Below are positions 9,513-16,994 of a stretch of 32,000 bases of DNA, piece by piece. The stretch covers positions 2,580,001 to 2,612,000 of the forward strand of contig NC_020409.1 in the NCBI RefSeq assembly GCF_000341895.1, written 5' to 3'. Every line of letters begins with the position of its first letter. The first letter of the stretch is position 1. The DNA is from Pseudodesulfovibrio piezophilus C1TLV30 (GTDB lineage Bacteria > Desulfobacterota > Desulfovibrionia > Desulfovibrionales > Desulfovibrionaceae). Both the position numbers and the translations under genes were made by a program. The notes under the pieces were generated by a model that saw only the letters and a list, made by a program, of their open reading frames with translations, searched no databases and had not been told where the DNA came from.

Positions 9513-10328
9513 ATGAGGCAAACCATGTTTGCAGAAACAGAAAAATGTAAACGGTGCGGCGCTTGTTTTGCCGAATGTCCGTACCAACTCATAGTCGAGG
9601 ACAAGGAAGGTTTTCCCAAGCTTCGACTGGCGGCAAAGAAGACATGTATTGCGTGCGGTCACTGTGTGGCTGTTTGCCCTGTGAGCGCCCTGACGCTGCC
9701 GGACTTGCCAGTGACAGAGTCTCTGGCACCGGAACAATGTCCACCGGTTCTTAAAGATTTGCGTATCGAGAGAGAGCAGGCAGAGCAATTCCTGCGGAGT
9801 CGTCGGTCGGTCAGGGAGTATCGGGCCAAGCCTTTGCCGGAAGCATTGATCAGTGAACTGCTGACTCTGTCAACCTTTGCGCCGAGTGCCAAGAATGGAC
9901 AGCCCGCCCGCTGGATAGTGACTCGTACTCCGGCAGCAACACGGGAATTGGCTGAACATACCGTGGACTTCATGGCCATCAACAACGTCTTTCCAGGAGT
10001 GATCAAGAACTGGGAGAAGGGTATTGACAAGATTTTGCATGGCGCGCCCCATGTGGCTATTGCCCATGCCTCGGAAGACGGATTTCATCCTGCCGAGGAT
10101 TGTTCTCTGGCTGCGGCATATCTTGAACTCGGCGCGCATGCTCACGGAGTTGGCGCTTGCTGGGCCGGATTTCTCATGGAAGCGGCCGAGGGGTATCATC
10201 CCTTGCGAGAAAGTCTGGGAATTCCCGAAGGACATGGTGTTTATGCCGCGTTGATGTTGGGCTATCCTCGATACCGTTATCCACGGATACCTCGGCGAAG
10301 AGCAGCAGACATTCGGTGGCTGGGATAA
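9513..10328 (+). CDS. Nitroreductase-family protein with N-terminal 2x[4Fe-4S] ferredoxin domain
   Basis: Two CxxCxxCxxxCP motifs are present (CKRCGACFAECP and CIACGHCVAVCP). Nitroreductase hallmarks follow (RRSVREYRAKPL, PSAKNGQP, GVGACWAG). An alternative start is the ATG at 9525, which has a GAGG SD. Confidence 0.85.
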   Translation: MRQTMFAETEKCKRCGACFAECPYQLIVEDKEGFPKLRLAAKKTCIACGHCVAVCPVSALTLPDLPVTESLAPEQCPPVLKDLRIEREQAEQFLRSRRSVREYRAKPLPEALISELLTLSTFAPSAKNGQPARWIVTRTPAATRELAEHTVDFMAINNVFPGVIKNWEKGIDKILHGAPHVAIAHASEDGFHPAEDCSLAAAYLELGAHAHGVGACWAGFLMEAAEGYHPLRESLGIPEGHGVYAALMLGYPRYRYPRIPRRRAADIRWLG

Positions 10329-10345
10329 GTCGCATTCGTCTGCAA

Positions 10346-10389
10346 AACGACACAAGGCGCGTTCCGTACGGAGCGCGCCTTGTGTCGTT
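10346..10389. terminator. Long near-perfect palindrome between convergent genes, likely a bidirectional terminator
   Basis: AACGACACAAGGCGCG (10346-10361) is the exact reverse complement of 10374-10389, and the intervening loop is itself palindromic (TCCGTACGGA). A T-run follows on the minus strand (reverse complement of TGCAAAA). Confidence 0.65.
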
Positions 10390-10401
10390 CAGGGCGAAAA
10401 G

Positions 10402-10896
10402 CTAGATTTGCAGCAGGGCTGCCTTGATATTTTTCTTGCCGAATTGACGGGCTTGATCCTCGTCCCACATGAAAATGTCGATCCGTTTGGTGAAGCGCTT
10501 GTTCATGAGGTCGTTAATCTCGAAGATACCGAGTCCTTCAATGCGTACCTTGCGTCCGAAAACCCAGCCCTGATTGAAAAGGTCGCGGGAAACCGCGATG
10601 GTGCCGGAGCGGACCTTGCGCATGGAGGCCGCAATCAACGGGTCTTCATCACATTGGTTGTTGGTAGGATTGTATGCGGTGACAGTGACTGTACGAACCG
10701 GGGGGGCTGAAGCCGCTTTTTGAAGCAGACGGACTTCTTCCACCATCTGTTTTCGGGCTTCGGATGTCTGCTCTGCCAATTCCAGCTTATGGCGCAGAAC
10801 ATCAATTTCCTGCTGTTTGACTACCGTGACGACTGCCATGATGACCATGGCGGCACACAAGATGGGCGTCAACGTGTAGTTGAGGATTATTCTCAT
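10402..10896 (-). CDS. 3D-domain protein (MltA/YuiC-like cell-wall binding/hydrolase domain) with N-terminal TM anchor
   Basis: The C-terminal sequence is VTVTAYNPTNNQCDEDPLIAASMRKVRSGTIAVSRDL...RIDIFMWDEDQARQFG, typical of 3D domains. The ATG at 10896 (MRIILNYTLTPILCAAMVIMAVV) is preferred over 10935. Confidence 0.8.
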   Translation of the reverse strand: MRIILNYTLTPILCAAMVIMAVVTVVKQQEIDVLRHKLELAEQTSEARKQMVEEVRLLQKAASAPPVRTVTVTAYNPTNNQCDEDPLIAASMRKVRSGTIAVSRDLFNQGWVFGRKVRIEGLGIFEINDLMNKRFTKRIDIFMWDEDQARQFGKKNIKAALLQI

Positions 10897-11261
10897 TATA
10901 GATATGTCTCCTATGACTTTTTTGATGCAAACCATATAATTGCCGATTTATGGGTTGTCAATGGTCATTTTTTGCGCTATCAAAAACTGTTCTTCCTCAT
11001 CCTAAGTATCTGGTATCCTACCTCGATATGAGAAACTCTCAGGAATTTTCCCCCTTTCCCTTTTTCTTAGCTCACTGTTTTTATGGGTATTTTTATTCCA
11101 TAAATAATAAGTAATTTTATACTGCCTGCCTGCTTGCAAGTCTGCTTTTTCAGCCTTTAAAAGGAGTTAATAGAGGGTGATGGCGTGTTCTTGAAGGGGA
11201 GGATATTTTTGGCTGTTCTGATCGTTGATCATTCGGTTTTCAGCCGGAGGAGTGGGAGGAA

Positions 11262-11303
11262 CGAAATGCCGGACCAGAGTCGTGACTGTGGTCCGGCATT
11301 TCG
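11262..11303 (-). terminator. 15-bp perfect stem-loop 20 nt downstream of the flgM stop; probable terminator without a canonical U-tract
   Basis: CGAAATGCCGGACCA (11262-11276) pairs perfectly with TGGTCCGGCATTTCG (11289-11303), with a 12-nt loop. There is no clear T-run on either strand. Confidence 0.45.
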
Positions 11304-11322
11304 CCTGACGATTGGTGAGAAC

Positions 11323-11550
11323 CTAGAGCGTCGGGTCCATTGCAGAGGTGAGGAGCCTGGCTATATCCATGATATCAGCCTTGTAGTCTCCTGATCGTAC
11401 CTCACTCTTGAGCCGTGCGATCTTCCGGGCGCGTTCCTCTCCTTCTTCCTTGTGGAAGTGGTCGGATTCCGTGGCGTCGAATTCCTCGAACACGCGCTCG
11501 GTCTCAATGTCTGCCGCACGCGATGTGCGGTTTTCCTTGTAACGCTTCAT
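11323..11550 (-). CDS. flgM: Anti-sigma-28 factor FlgM
   Basis: This is a 75-aa acidic protein. Its C-terminal sequence RKIARLKSEVRSGDYKADIMDIARLL matches the FlgM-family signature (kv..LK..I..G.Y.vD...IA..l). A strong SD (GGGAGGGG) precedes the ATG. Confidence 0.7.
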   Translation of the reverse strand: MKRYKENRTSRAADIETERVFEEFDATESDHFHKEEGEERARKIARLKSEVRSGDYKADIMDIARLLTSAMDPTL

Positions 11551-11719
11551 TAACCCCTCCCTGGGTTATTGAAGTCATGGGAAGGTTCTCCCTTTCCTTC
11601 CCGGAATCTCCCCACCCGTTGCGGCAGCCTCTGTTCGCTTCCTTGCGAAGAGCCATCCCCGCAACCGGGGAGGCAAGCGATGCTCATACCATTCAGACAC
11701 CTGCTTGCCGTTGAGTTTC

Positions 11720-11748
11720 TTATCGGTCGGAGCCTGTGTATTACTTAG
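11720..11748 (-). promoter_or_regulatory. Candidate sigma-28 (FliA) promoter upstream of flgM
   Basis: The minus strand reads CTAAGTAAT-N12-ACCGATAAG, against the consensus TAAAGTTT-N11-GCCGATAA. The -10 element matches 7 of 8 positions and the spacing is off by one. The site lies about 170 nt upstream of the flgM ATG. Confidence 0.4.
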
Positions 11749-11864
11749 GGGAAGGGGGCTGAAAGTGGAAAAAAAACTGTTTTTCACAACGCCGTTCTGG
11801 GCTTCTTTGGAACAAGCTTCTGAAACTGTTGGGCTTGTCGCTGTGTCTTGTGCGATGACAAGAC

Positions 11865-13556
11865 ATGGAAAAAAAGGATATAGGTTGCGGCATGCCGGAT
11901 ATTCTCTCCATTTGCCTCATTGATCCTCAACCCCTGATCATGGCTGCATTCCGTTCCATGGGGCATCAGGTTTTTCCTCTGATCACCGGGGAAAAACCGT
12001 TTCTGGATCTGCCCTCTGCCCTTGCAAAGGCCGGATGTGTGCCGGATATGGTCATTCAAACGGAAACGCTCGCTCACAGGACTCTGGTCATGGGATTGTC
12101 TGAGGTCGATTGCCCGACTCTTTTCTGGGCCATGGACCCTCATCTCAATGCACACTGGCATGGTCTCTACGCCCGGCTTTTTGATCTGACTTGCTCGACA
12201 CAACGAGGGTCCATTCCCGAACTTCGCAGATGGGGGGCTCCCGATGTTCGTTGGCTTCCCATGTTCGGGAGGCCGGAATCATGGGTGGAAACTGCGGATC
12301 GAAAATATGATCTCGCCTTTGTCGGCAGGGTTTCCAGCCATCGCCCCGCACGTCAATGGATGTTGGATTTCTTGCGCAAGAAAGTTGATGGTTCTCAATT
12401 GGCCGTGGAGCACAGTCTTTCATACGAAGCCATGATGGCCTTGTATCGGGATTCTCGGATCACCCCGAATGAATCCATTCTCGGAGAAGTCAATTTTCGT
12501 TTGTTCGAAGCGACCTCATGCGGATGTCTGGTACTCAGTCAGGACCTTGGCGACGAGCAGGAAGCGTTGTTCGAACCGGGGCGAGAGTTTGATACGTATG
12601 AGAATGCTGTTGAGTTGGATGAGAAACTCTCTCTCTATATGAAAAATTCCCGGCTTGTCCGAACAATGGGACGGGCTGCGCGTGAGCGTGTTCTGGCGGA
12701 GCATCTTCCCATCCATCGCGCCCAGCGTCTTTTGGATTTTGCCGGAGATTGCGTCAGAAACAGGGTCACAGGTACAAAGGCTGAGGAGTGGGAAGGGTTG
12801 GTCCGGGCAGCGATGTGGGAAGCAGGAGTCCTGGAAACATCTCCCATGGATGTGTTGGCCCGATTGTCCAAGCTGGAACCCGAAGCGGATGTCGCCGCGA
12901 CTATCGTGCGAATGCTTGCGGTGAGTGGCTTAACATCGGCTTTGGAGGCAAATATCCGGGCAATTCTCGGCTCCCGGTTGCATGGTGATTCTCTGGATGT
13001 CAATCTGGTGGGAACAATGGCTGCATTGCGCCTGGATCAGTGGGACATGGCCAAGGCCTTCTGGTATCGTCAGAGCCAAATCTCCGGGAGACCGCCTGCT
13101 GCACCGCCGCAAACTCCTCTGGATATCCTGACGTTATGGGCAAAGGAACTCAAACGACATGGTCGTGTTGTCCGTGTGGGGTTTTCATTCGATCCACGTT
13201 ATAATCTTCCCTTTTCCGCTGTCGAATGCCTGATGACGCTTTTACGGGAGGAACCTGAGCATCTTCCCACGCTGAAATTTTTGGATTCCCTGCTGCGTTC
13301 CATGACCGGGTTTGAGCAATTGCGTGTTGGGTTTCTTTCGATCATCACCCTTCATGAAAGGAATGACTGGCGGGCAGCGCAGGAGATTGCACTGGCAGAC
13401 CTCAAATCATATCGTTTGGAATCCGGGTTGGAGGAATTGTGTTTGGCCCAGGATTTGGCAGCACGAAAAGGCGAGATGGAGAGATTTGATAAAGCTTTGT
13501 CAGCACGGGACAGAAGCGGGGCGCTCGGACGGCGGCTTGCCACATTCTCTCGCTGA
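11865..13556 (+). CDS. CgeB-like glycosyltransferase-fold protein (N-terminal about 290 aa) fused to an unassigned alpha-helical C-terminal half
   Basis: Supporting sequence is FVGRVSSHRPARQWMLDFL ... NFRLFEATSCGCLVLSQDLGDEQEALFEPGREFDTYENAVELDEKLSLYMKNSRLVRTMGRAARERVLAEH, a Glyco_trans_1_2/CgeB-type C-terminal GT motif. The start is uncertain: 11865 has no SD and abuts a 7-bp hairpin (11845-11864), and 11892 is an in-frame ATG alternative. Confidence 0.75.
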   Translation: MEKKDIGCGMPDILSICLIDPQPLIMAAFRSMGHQVFPLITGEKPFLDLPSALAKAGCVPDMVIQTETLAHRTLVMGLSEVDCPTLFWAMDPHLNAHWHGLYARLFDLTCSTQRGSIPELRRWGAPDVRWLPMFGRPESWVETADRKYDLAFVGRVSSHRPARQWMLDFLRKKVDGSQLAVEHSLSYEAMMALYRDSRITPNESILGEVNFRLFEATSCGCLVLSQDLGDEQEALFEPGREFDTYENAVELDEKLSLYMKNSRLVRTMGRAARERVLAEHLPIHRAQRLLDFAGDCVRNRVTGTKAEEWEGLVRAAMWEAGVLETSPMDVLARLSKLEPEADVAATIVRMLAVSGLTSALEANIRAILGSRLHGDSLDVNLVGTMAALRLDQWDMAKAFWYRQSQISGRPPAAPPQTPLDILTLWAKELKRHGRVVRVGFSFDPRYNLPFSAVECLMTLLREEPEHLPTLKFLDSLLRSMTGFEQLRVGFLSIITLHERNDWRAAQEIALADLKSYRLESGLEELCLAQDLAARKGEMERFDKALSARDRSGALGRRLATFSR

Positions 13557-13561
13557 GGAAT

Positions 13562-14230
13562 CTACTTGTCTGTCACCTGCAATTCCTGACTGATCGTCTC
13601 GATTTCTTCGAGCTGATCATCTGTGAGATCAATGAACATGACACCGATGCCACATTGATGTTTTGCATCGCACGCTTTTCTGGTCCATCGAATACTCGAA
13701 TAAATGGGGCGGGAATTGGAAAGTCTGGGAATACGCAAGTGGATGAACTGTTCGTTTTCCATGAATTGACGGGTATTGACGAAACATCCACCCGGAGAAA
13801 TATTGAGAATCGTCCCCTCCACGGGAGTGGCCATGCTGGGGTCGTCTTCCTTTGAGAGAATGCAGTCTATGGAGATGTCCTGTCGATCATGGCTACGGAG
13901 GCGCTTCCCGGCCGCAATATCGAGATTGGCAAAAAAACGGTCTCGCGGGTCCAGGTATTGGATGAAACCGAGCTTGGAATTCGGCCGAGTACGAAGAACA
14001 GGGAAATTGCCCGAGTATTTGAAGAGGCGATCCTTATCTCGGCGGGAGGCTTTCATGACCTTGTTCACTTCAAGAACAAGACCGGCAACTGATACATCAC
14101 GAAGCTTGTCTATAAGTGCGTCAATGGAGTTGACGAAGACAGGGGGAGTCTCATTGTGGAACAGGTCCTGCCCGTAGAGGGCCGGTTTATCCGTGAGAAC
14201 TATGATCATGACAGATGTATTGGCTGACAA
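13562..14230 (-). CDS. PilZ-domain c-di-GMP receptor with N-terminal receiver-like (pseudo-receiver) domain
   Basis: Both PilZ motifs are present: RLRSHDR (RxxxR) and NISPGG (D/NxSxxG), at 13787..13903. The N-terminal sequence MIIVLTDKP...VAGLVLEVN resembles a REC fold but lacks the phospho-acceptor Asp. The start at 14230 is a TTG with a GAGG SD; an alternative ATG is at 14209. Confidence 0.8.
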   Translation of the reverse strand: MSANTSVMIIVLTDKPALYGQDLFHNETPPVFVNSIDALIDKLRDVSVAGLVLEVNKVMKASRRDKDRLFKYSGNFPVLRTRPNSKLGFIQYLDPRDRFFANLDIAAGKRLRSHDRQDISIDCILSKEDDPSMATPVEGTILNISPGGCFVNTRQFMENEQFIHLRIPRLSNSRPIYSSIRWTRKACDAKHQCGIGVMFIDLTDDQLEEIETISQELQVTDK

Positions 14231-14444
14231 GGTGGCCTCGCTTGGTCGATTGAAAACAACTTTAGCACGGACTGAGAGTATCTTGCCAGTGTCCGGTTGT
14301 AAACCGGGTTATAATTTTGCTTGAGGGGCTCTTGGACCAAACTCTTTGATGTAACTATGCAAAAAATAATGAATTATTATATTTGTCTGAGCTGTTTTTT
14401 CATGTGAAAATGTGCGCGTGATATCGTCACAGTGTCGCCATGTA

Positions 14445-14453
14445 GGGGGGGGG
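14445..14453. repeat. G9 homopolymer tract in the pilZ / phoH2 divergent intergenic region
   Basis: Read directly from the sequence: TGTA-GGGGGGGGG-ATTTTGGGG. Confidence 0.9.
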
Positions 14454-14631
14454 ATTTTGGGGCATCATGCATCTAGACTTTTTCTTGAAAACTGGTCATG
14501 GTTATGCAGAAGCCGGAGAAGGCGCAACCATTCTCATGGAGGTGCAAATGAAGTTGATTTGATGATTCCCGATCAGGGACCTGATTGTGTGAAGCCCAGG
14601 GAATCAACGTCAAACCACCGGACGGGGGATT

Positions 14632-15822
14632 ATGGCCCAAAAGCATTTCGTCCTCGATACCAACGTCCTTATTGAAAATCCCAAATGCATCGCTGCCCTG
14701 AGAAATGGGCAGGAAAACCAGATATACATTCCGTATACTGTCCTGACTGAACTCGATGGTCTGAAAAAGGACCCACGGATCGGGCACATCGTTTCCCAGG
14801 CGGTTCGTGCTATCCTGCACGACGAGAGTGTCAATATCTTCCCACCTGATTTTGCCCTGACCCTGACAGATGCGGTCCTGGATGACCGTATTCTCAAGGA
14901 AATTCTCCACATGGCTCCTGTGGAGGCTACCCTTATCACCAATGACCGCATCCTCCAGATCAAGGCCAAGTGCTTTGGTATTCCCAGTGAGGAGTATCGT
15001 GATTCCGATCCCTTCCGATCCGAGTCCCAACGCTACACCGGTTTTGTGGAAGAGGATGAGGAGCCTGTTCATAATTGTTTTCGCTGGGAAGCGGGCACTC
15101 CGATCTTTCATGGACCGGAGGGACTCAAACCCATCAGCTACAGTCATGAGATATGGGGAGTGAAGCCTCGGAGCGTGTATCAGAATCTTGCTTTGGAGCT
15201 GATGCTTCAGGAGGGGATCGATCTGGTCTCTATCCAGTCTGAAGCGGGATATGGTAAGACTTTCCTGTCTCTGGCAGCCGCCCTGTATCTGATGCTTGAA
15301 CGGAAGGATAATCCCTACCGCAAGATTTACCTGGTCAAGCCTGTGGTCGAGATAGGGGCCAAGATGGGGTACCTCCCCGGTGATATAGAGGAGAAAATGC
15401 TTCCTTACATCAAGTACATTCAGGATCTGCTTATCAAATTGCATGATATCAGACCTGCGAATCGGATTTTCGTGGATCATACAAATGATTCCTACAAGCT
15501 CAATCCCAAGAAATTCGAAGTTCAGCCCGTGGCATTCATCCGGGGGATGAACATTGAAAATGCAGTGGTCATCGTGGATGAAATGCAGAATCTCTCCCGC
15601 GGAGAAACCCGTGCCCTGCTTACCCGCATGGGCGAGGGGGTCAAGTGCATCTGCCTCGGTGACACCCGTCAGGTGGATAATCCGTATCTTAATGAGTCCA
15701 ATAACGGCTTGAACTGGACAGTCAGGAAACTCAAAGGGTACAAGAATTATGCGCATATGGTTCTGAAAGGTGACCGCTCACGTGGGCCGATTACGGACAT
15801 TGTGCTCAAGTCAAAACTGTAA
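14632..15822 (+). CDS. PhoH2-type protein: N-terminal PIN domain fused to PhoH-like ATPase (YlaK family)
   Basis: The PIN start is MAQKHFVLDTNVLIENP...YIPYTVLTELDGLK. The Walker A is SEAGYGKT and the Walker B is VVIVDEMQN. The C-terminal KGDRSRGPI is PhoH-like. A GGGGGA SD precedes the ATG. Confidence 0.9.
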   Translation: MAQKHFVLDTNVLIENPKCIAALRNGQENQIYIPYTVLTELDGLKKDPRIGHIVSQAVRAILHDESVNIFPPDFALTLTDAVLDDRILKEILHMAPVEATLITNDRILQIKAKCFGIPSEEYRDSDPFRSESQRYTGFVEEDEEPVHNCFRWEAGTPIFHGPEGLKPISYSHEIWGVKPRSVYQNLALELMLQEGIDLVSIQSEAGYGKTFLSLAAALYLMLERKDNPYRKIYLVKPVVEIGAKMGYLPGDIEEKMLPYIKYIQDLLIKLHDIRPANRIFVDHTNDSYKLNPKKFEVQPVAFIRGMNIENAVVIVDEMQNLSRGETRALLTRMGEGVKCICLGDTRQVDNPYLNESNNGLNWTVRKLKGYKNYAHMVLKGDRSRGPITDIVLKSKL

Positions 15823-15831
15823 AAAGAGTAT

Positions 15832-15865
15832 CCCCCGCATCGACTTATTGCTGGATGCGGGGGAA
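15832..15865 (+). terminator. 11-bp perfect stem-loop just after the phoH2 stop; possible terminator with atypical tract orientation
   Basis: TCCCCCGCATC (15832-15842) pairs with GATGCGGGGGA (15855-15865), with a 12-nt loop. An A-tract lies upstream (TAAAAAGAG) and no T-tract lies downstream on the plus strand. Confidence 0.35.
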
Positions 15866-16994
15866 AAGTGGAGATGCGCTCGTGCCGCTCAGGCGATTTT
15901 TTTTCCCGTTTCTGGCGGGTCTCTTTTGTCTTGTCTGGGCGTGGTCTGCTCCGGCCACGCCACAGGAGACAGTTCAGCCTTTGGAAGAGTCCCGTTTCCC
16001 TTCTTTGGAATCGGCCATCAGGATCAAAGGCCCGGTAACCTTTTGTGGTGAGTTCGTGCCGTTGCATCTTCCGGATGTTCGGGAACGGTTGGAAAAGGAA
16101 TTGCTGTTGATGCTTTGGGACCGTGCTCAGGTCATCCTTTGGTTGAAGCGTTCCGGTCGGTATTTTCCTCATATCGAGACATTGTTGAAGGGAACCGGTC
16201 TGCCGGAAGATTTGAAATTCATAGCGGTCATCGAATCCGCTCTCAGACCTCACGCCGGATCGGGCAAGGGGGCAAGAGGTATCTGGCAGTTCATAGCGAC
16301 GACAGGCCGAAAATACGGATTGACCGTGAATGAATATCTTGATGAACGCAGGAATTTTCACCTTTCCACGAGAGCTGCCATAGCCTATTTCAAGGAGTTG
16401 CATGGTCTGTTTAATTCCTGGACGCTTGCCTGCGCTGCCTACAACATGGGTGAGGAAGGGCTGAAGAAACGTATAGAGCAGCAAGAAGTTTCAGATTATT
16501 ATCATCTTGATCTGCCGACGGAAACGGAGCGGTATATCCTGCGGGCTGTAGCCGCAAAGCTGATCCTTTCTAACCCGTCACACTATGGCTTCAACCTCGC
16601 TTCCAATGATTATTATACTGCTCGCAAGTTCGATCGCGTTCGGCTCAAGCATAAATACACTGCCCCGGTTCTGATTGTCGCCAAGGCGGCCGGGACTTAC
16701 TACAAAACAATCAAGGACATGAATCCGCAGATTTTGACTGACGTCATCCCTGGCGGAGAGCACACGGTCTTTTTGCCGGAAGGAGCAGCCCGGAACTTTG
16801 CCGAGCGTTACCAACCTTTGATCATGAAATACCGCACGCAGTTCAGGGGGATGACCTACACGGTCCGAAGCGGCGATACCCTGACTCGCATCGCGGCCAA
16901 AAACAATCTTCCTCTCTGGAAGCTGCTCAAGTTGAATAATCTGAACAGAAAGAGTCTGATCAAGCCTGGTCAGAAACTGGTCATTATGAAATAG
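15855..16994 (+). CDS. Membrane-bound lytic murein transglycosylase (SLT domain plus C-terminal LysM), MltD-like
   Basis: SLT motifs are IESALRPHAGSGKGARGIWQF and AAYNMGE. The LysM motif is YTVRSGDTLTRIAAKNNLPLWKLLKLNNL...PGQKLVI. The ATG at 15855 sits inside the upstream hairpin arm. The in-frame GTG at 15882 (GGAGA SD 7 nt upstream) would give the signal peptide PLRRFFFPFLAGLFCLVWAWSA and may be the true start. Confidence 0.85.
   Translation: MRGKSGDALVPLRRFFFPFLAGLFCLVWAWSAPATPQETVQPLEESRFPSLESAIRIKGPVTFCGEFVPLHLPDVRERLEKELLLMLWDRAQVILWLKRSGRYFPHIETLLKGTGLPEDLKFIAVIESALRPHAGSGKGARGIWQFIATTGRKYGLTVNEYLDERRNFHLSTRAAIAYFKELHGLFNSWTLACAAYNMGEEGLKKRIEQQEVSDYYHLDLPTETERYILRAVAAKLILSNPSHYGFNLASNDYYTARKFDRVRLKHKYTAPVLIVAKAAGTYYKTIKDMNPQILTDVIPGGEHTVFLPEGAARNFAERYQPLIMKYRTQFRGMTYTVRSGDTLTRIAAKNNLPLWKLLKLNNLNRKSLIKPGQKLVIMK

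Noticed and set aside
11185-11394. A 69-aa GTG-initiated ORF with a GAGGG SD, convergent with flgM and overlapping it by 72 nt.
   Set aside because: It runs straight through the 15-bp terminator-like stem (11262-11303) and into the flgM 3' end on the antisense strand. It has no motif and an implausible composition. It is probably not coding.
14306-14321. A sigma-54-like element, GGG TTATAATT TTGCT, upstream of phoH2.
   Set aside because: The GG-N10-GC spacing is correct and the -12 element (TTGCT) is good. The -24 element matches only the GG dinucleotide (GGGTTA against TGGCAC). It probably reflects an AT-rich sigma-70 region (TATAAT lies within it).
14357-14407. A 16-codon hydrophobic micro-ORF (MQKIMNYYICLSCFFM) in the AT-rich core of the pilZ/phoH2 spacer.
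   Set aside because: It has no SD and lies in AT-rich promoter-like DNA, where short ORFs arise by chance. There is nothing to support translation.
14473-15756. A 427-aa minus-strand ORF covering almost the whole phoH2 locus.
   Set aside because: It is antisense to a plus-strand gene with clear PIN, Walker A and Walker B motifs. Its translation has no recognisable motif and an odd composition (rich in H, I, D, L and G). This is a typical shadow ORF.
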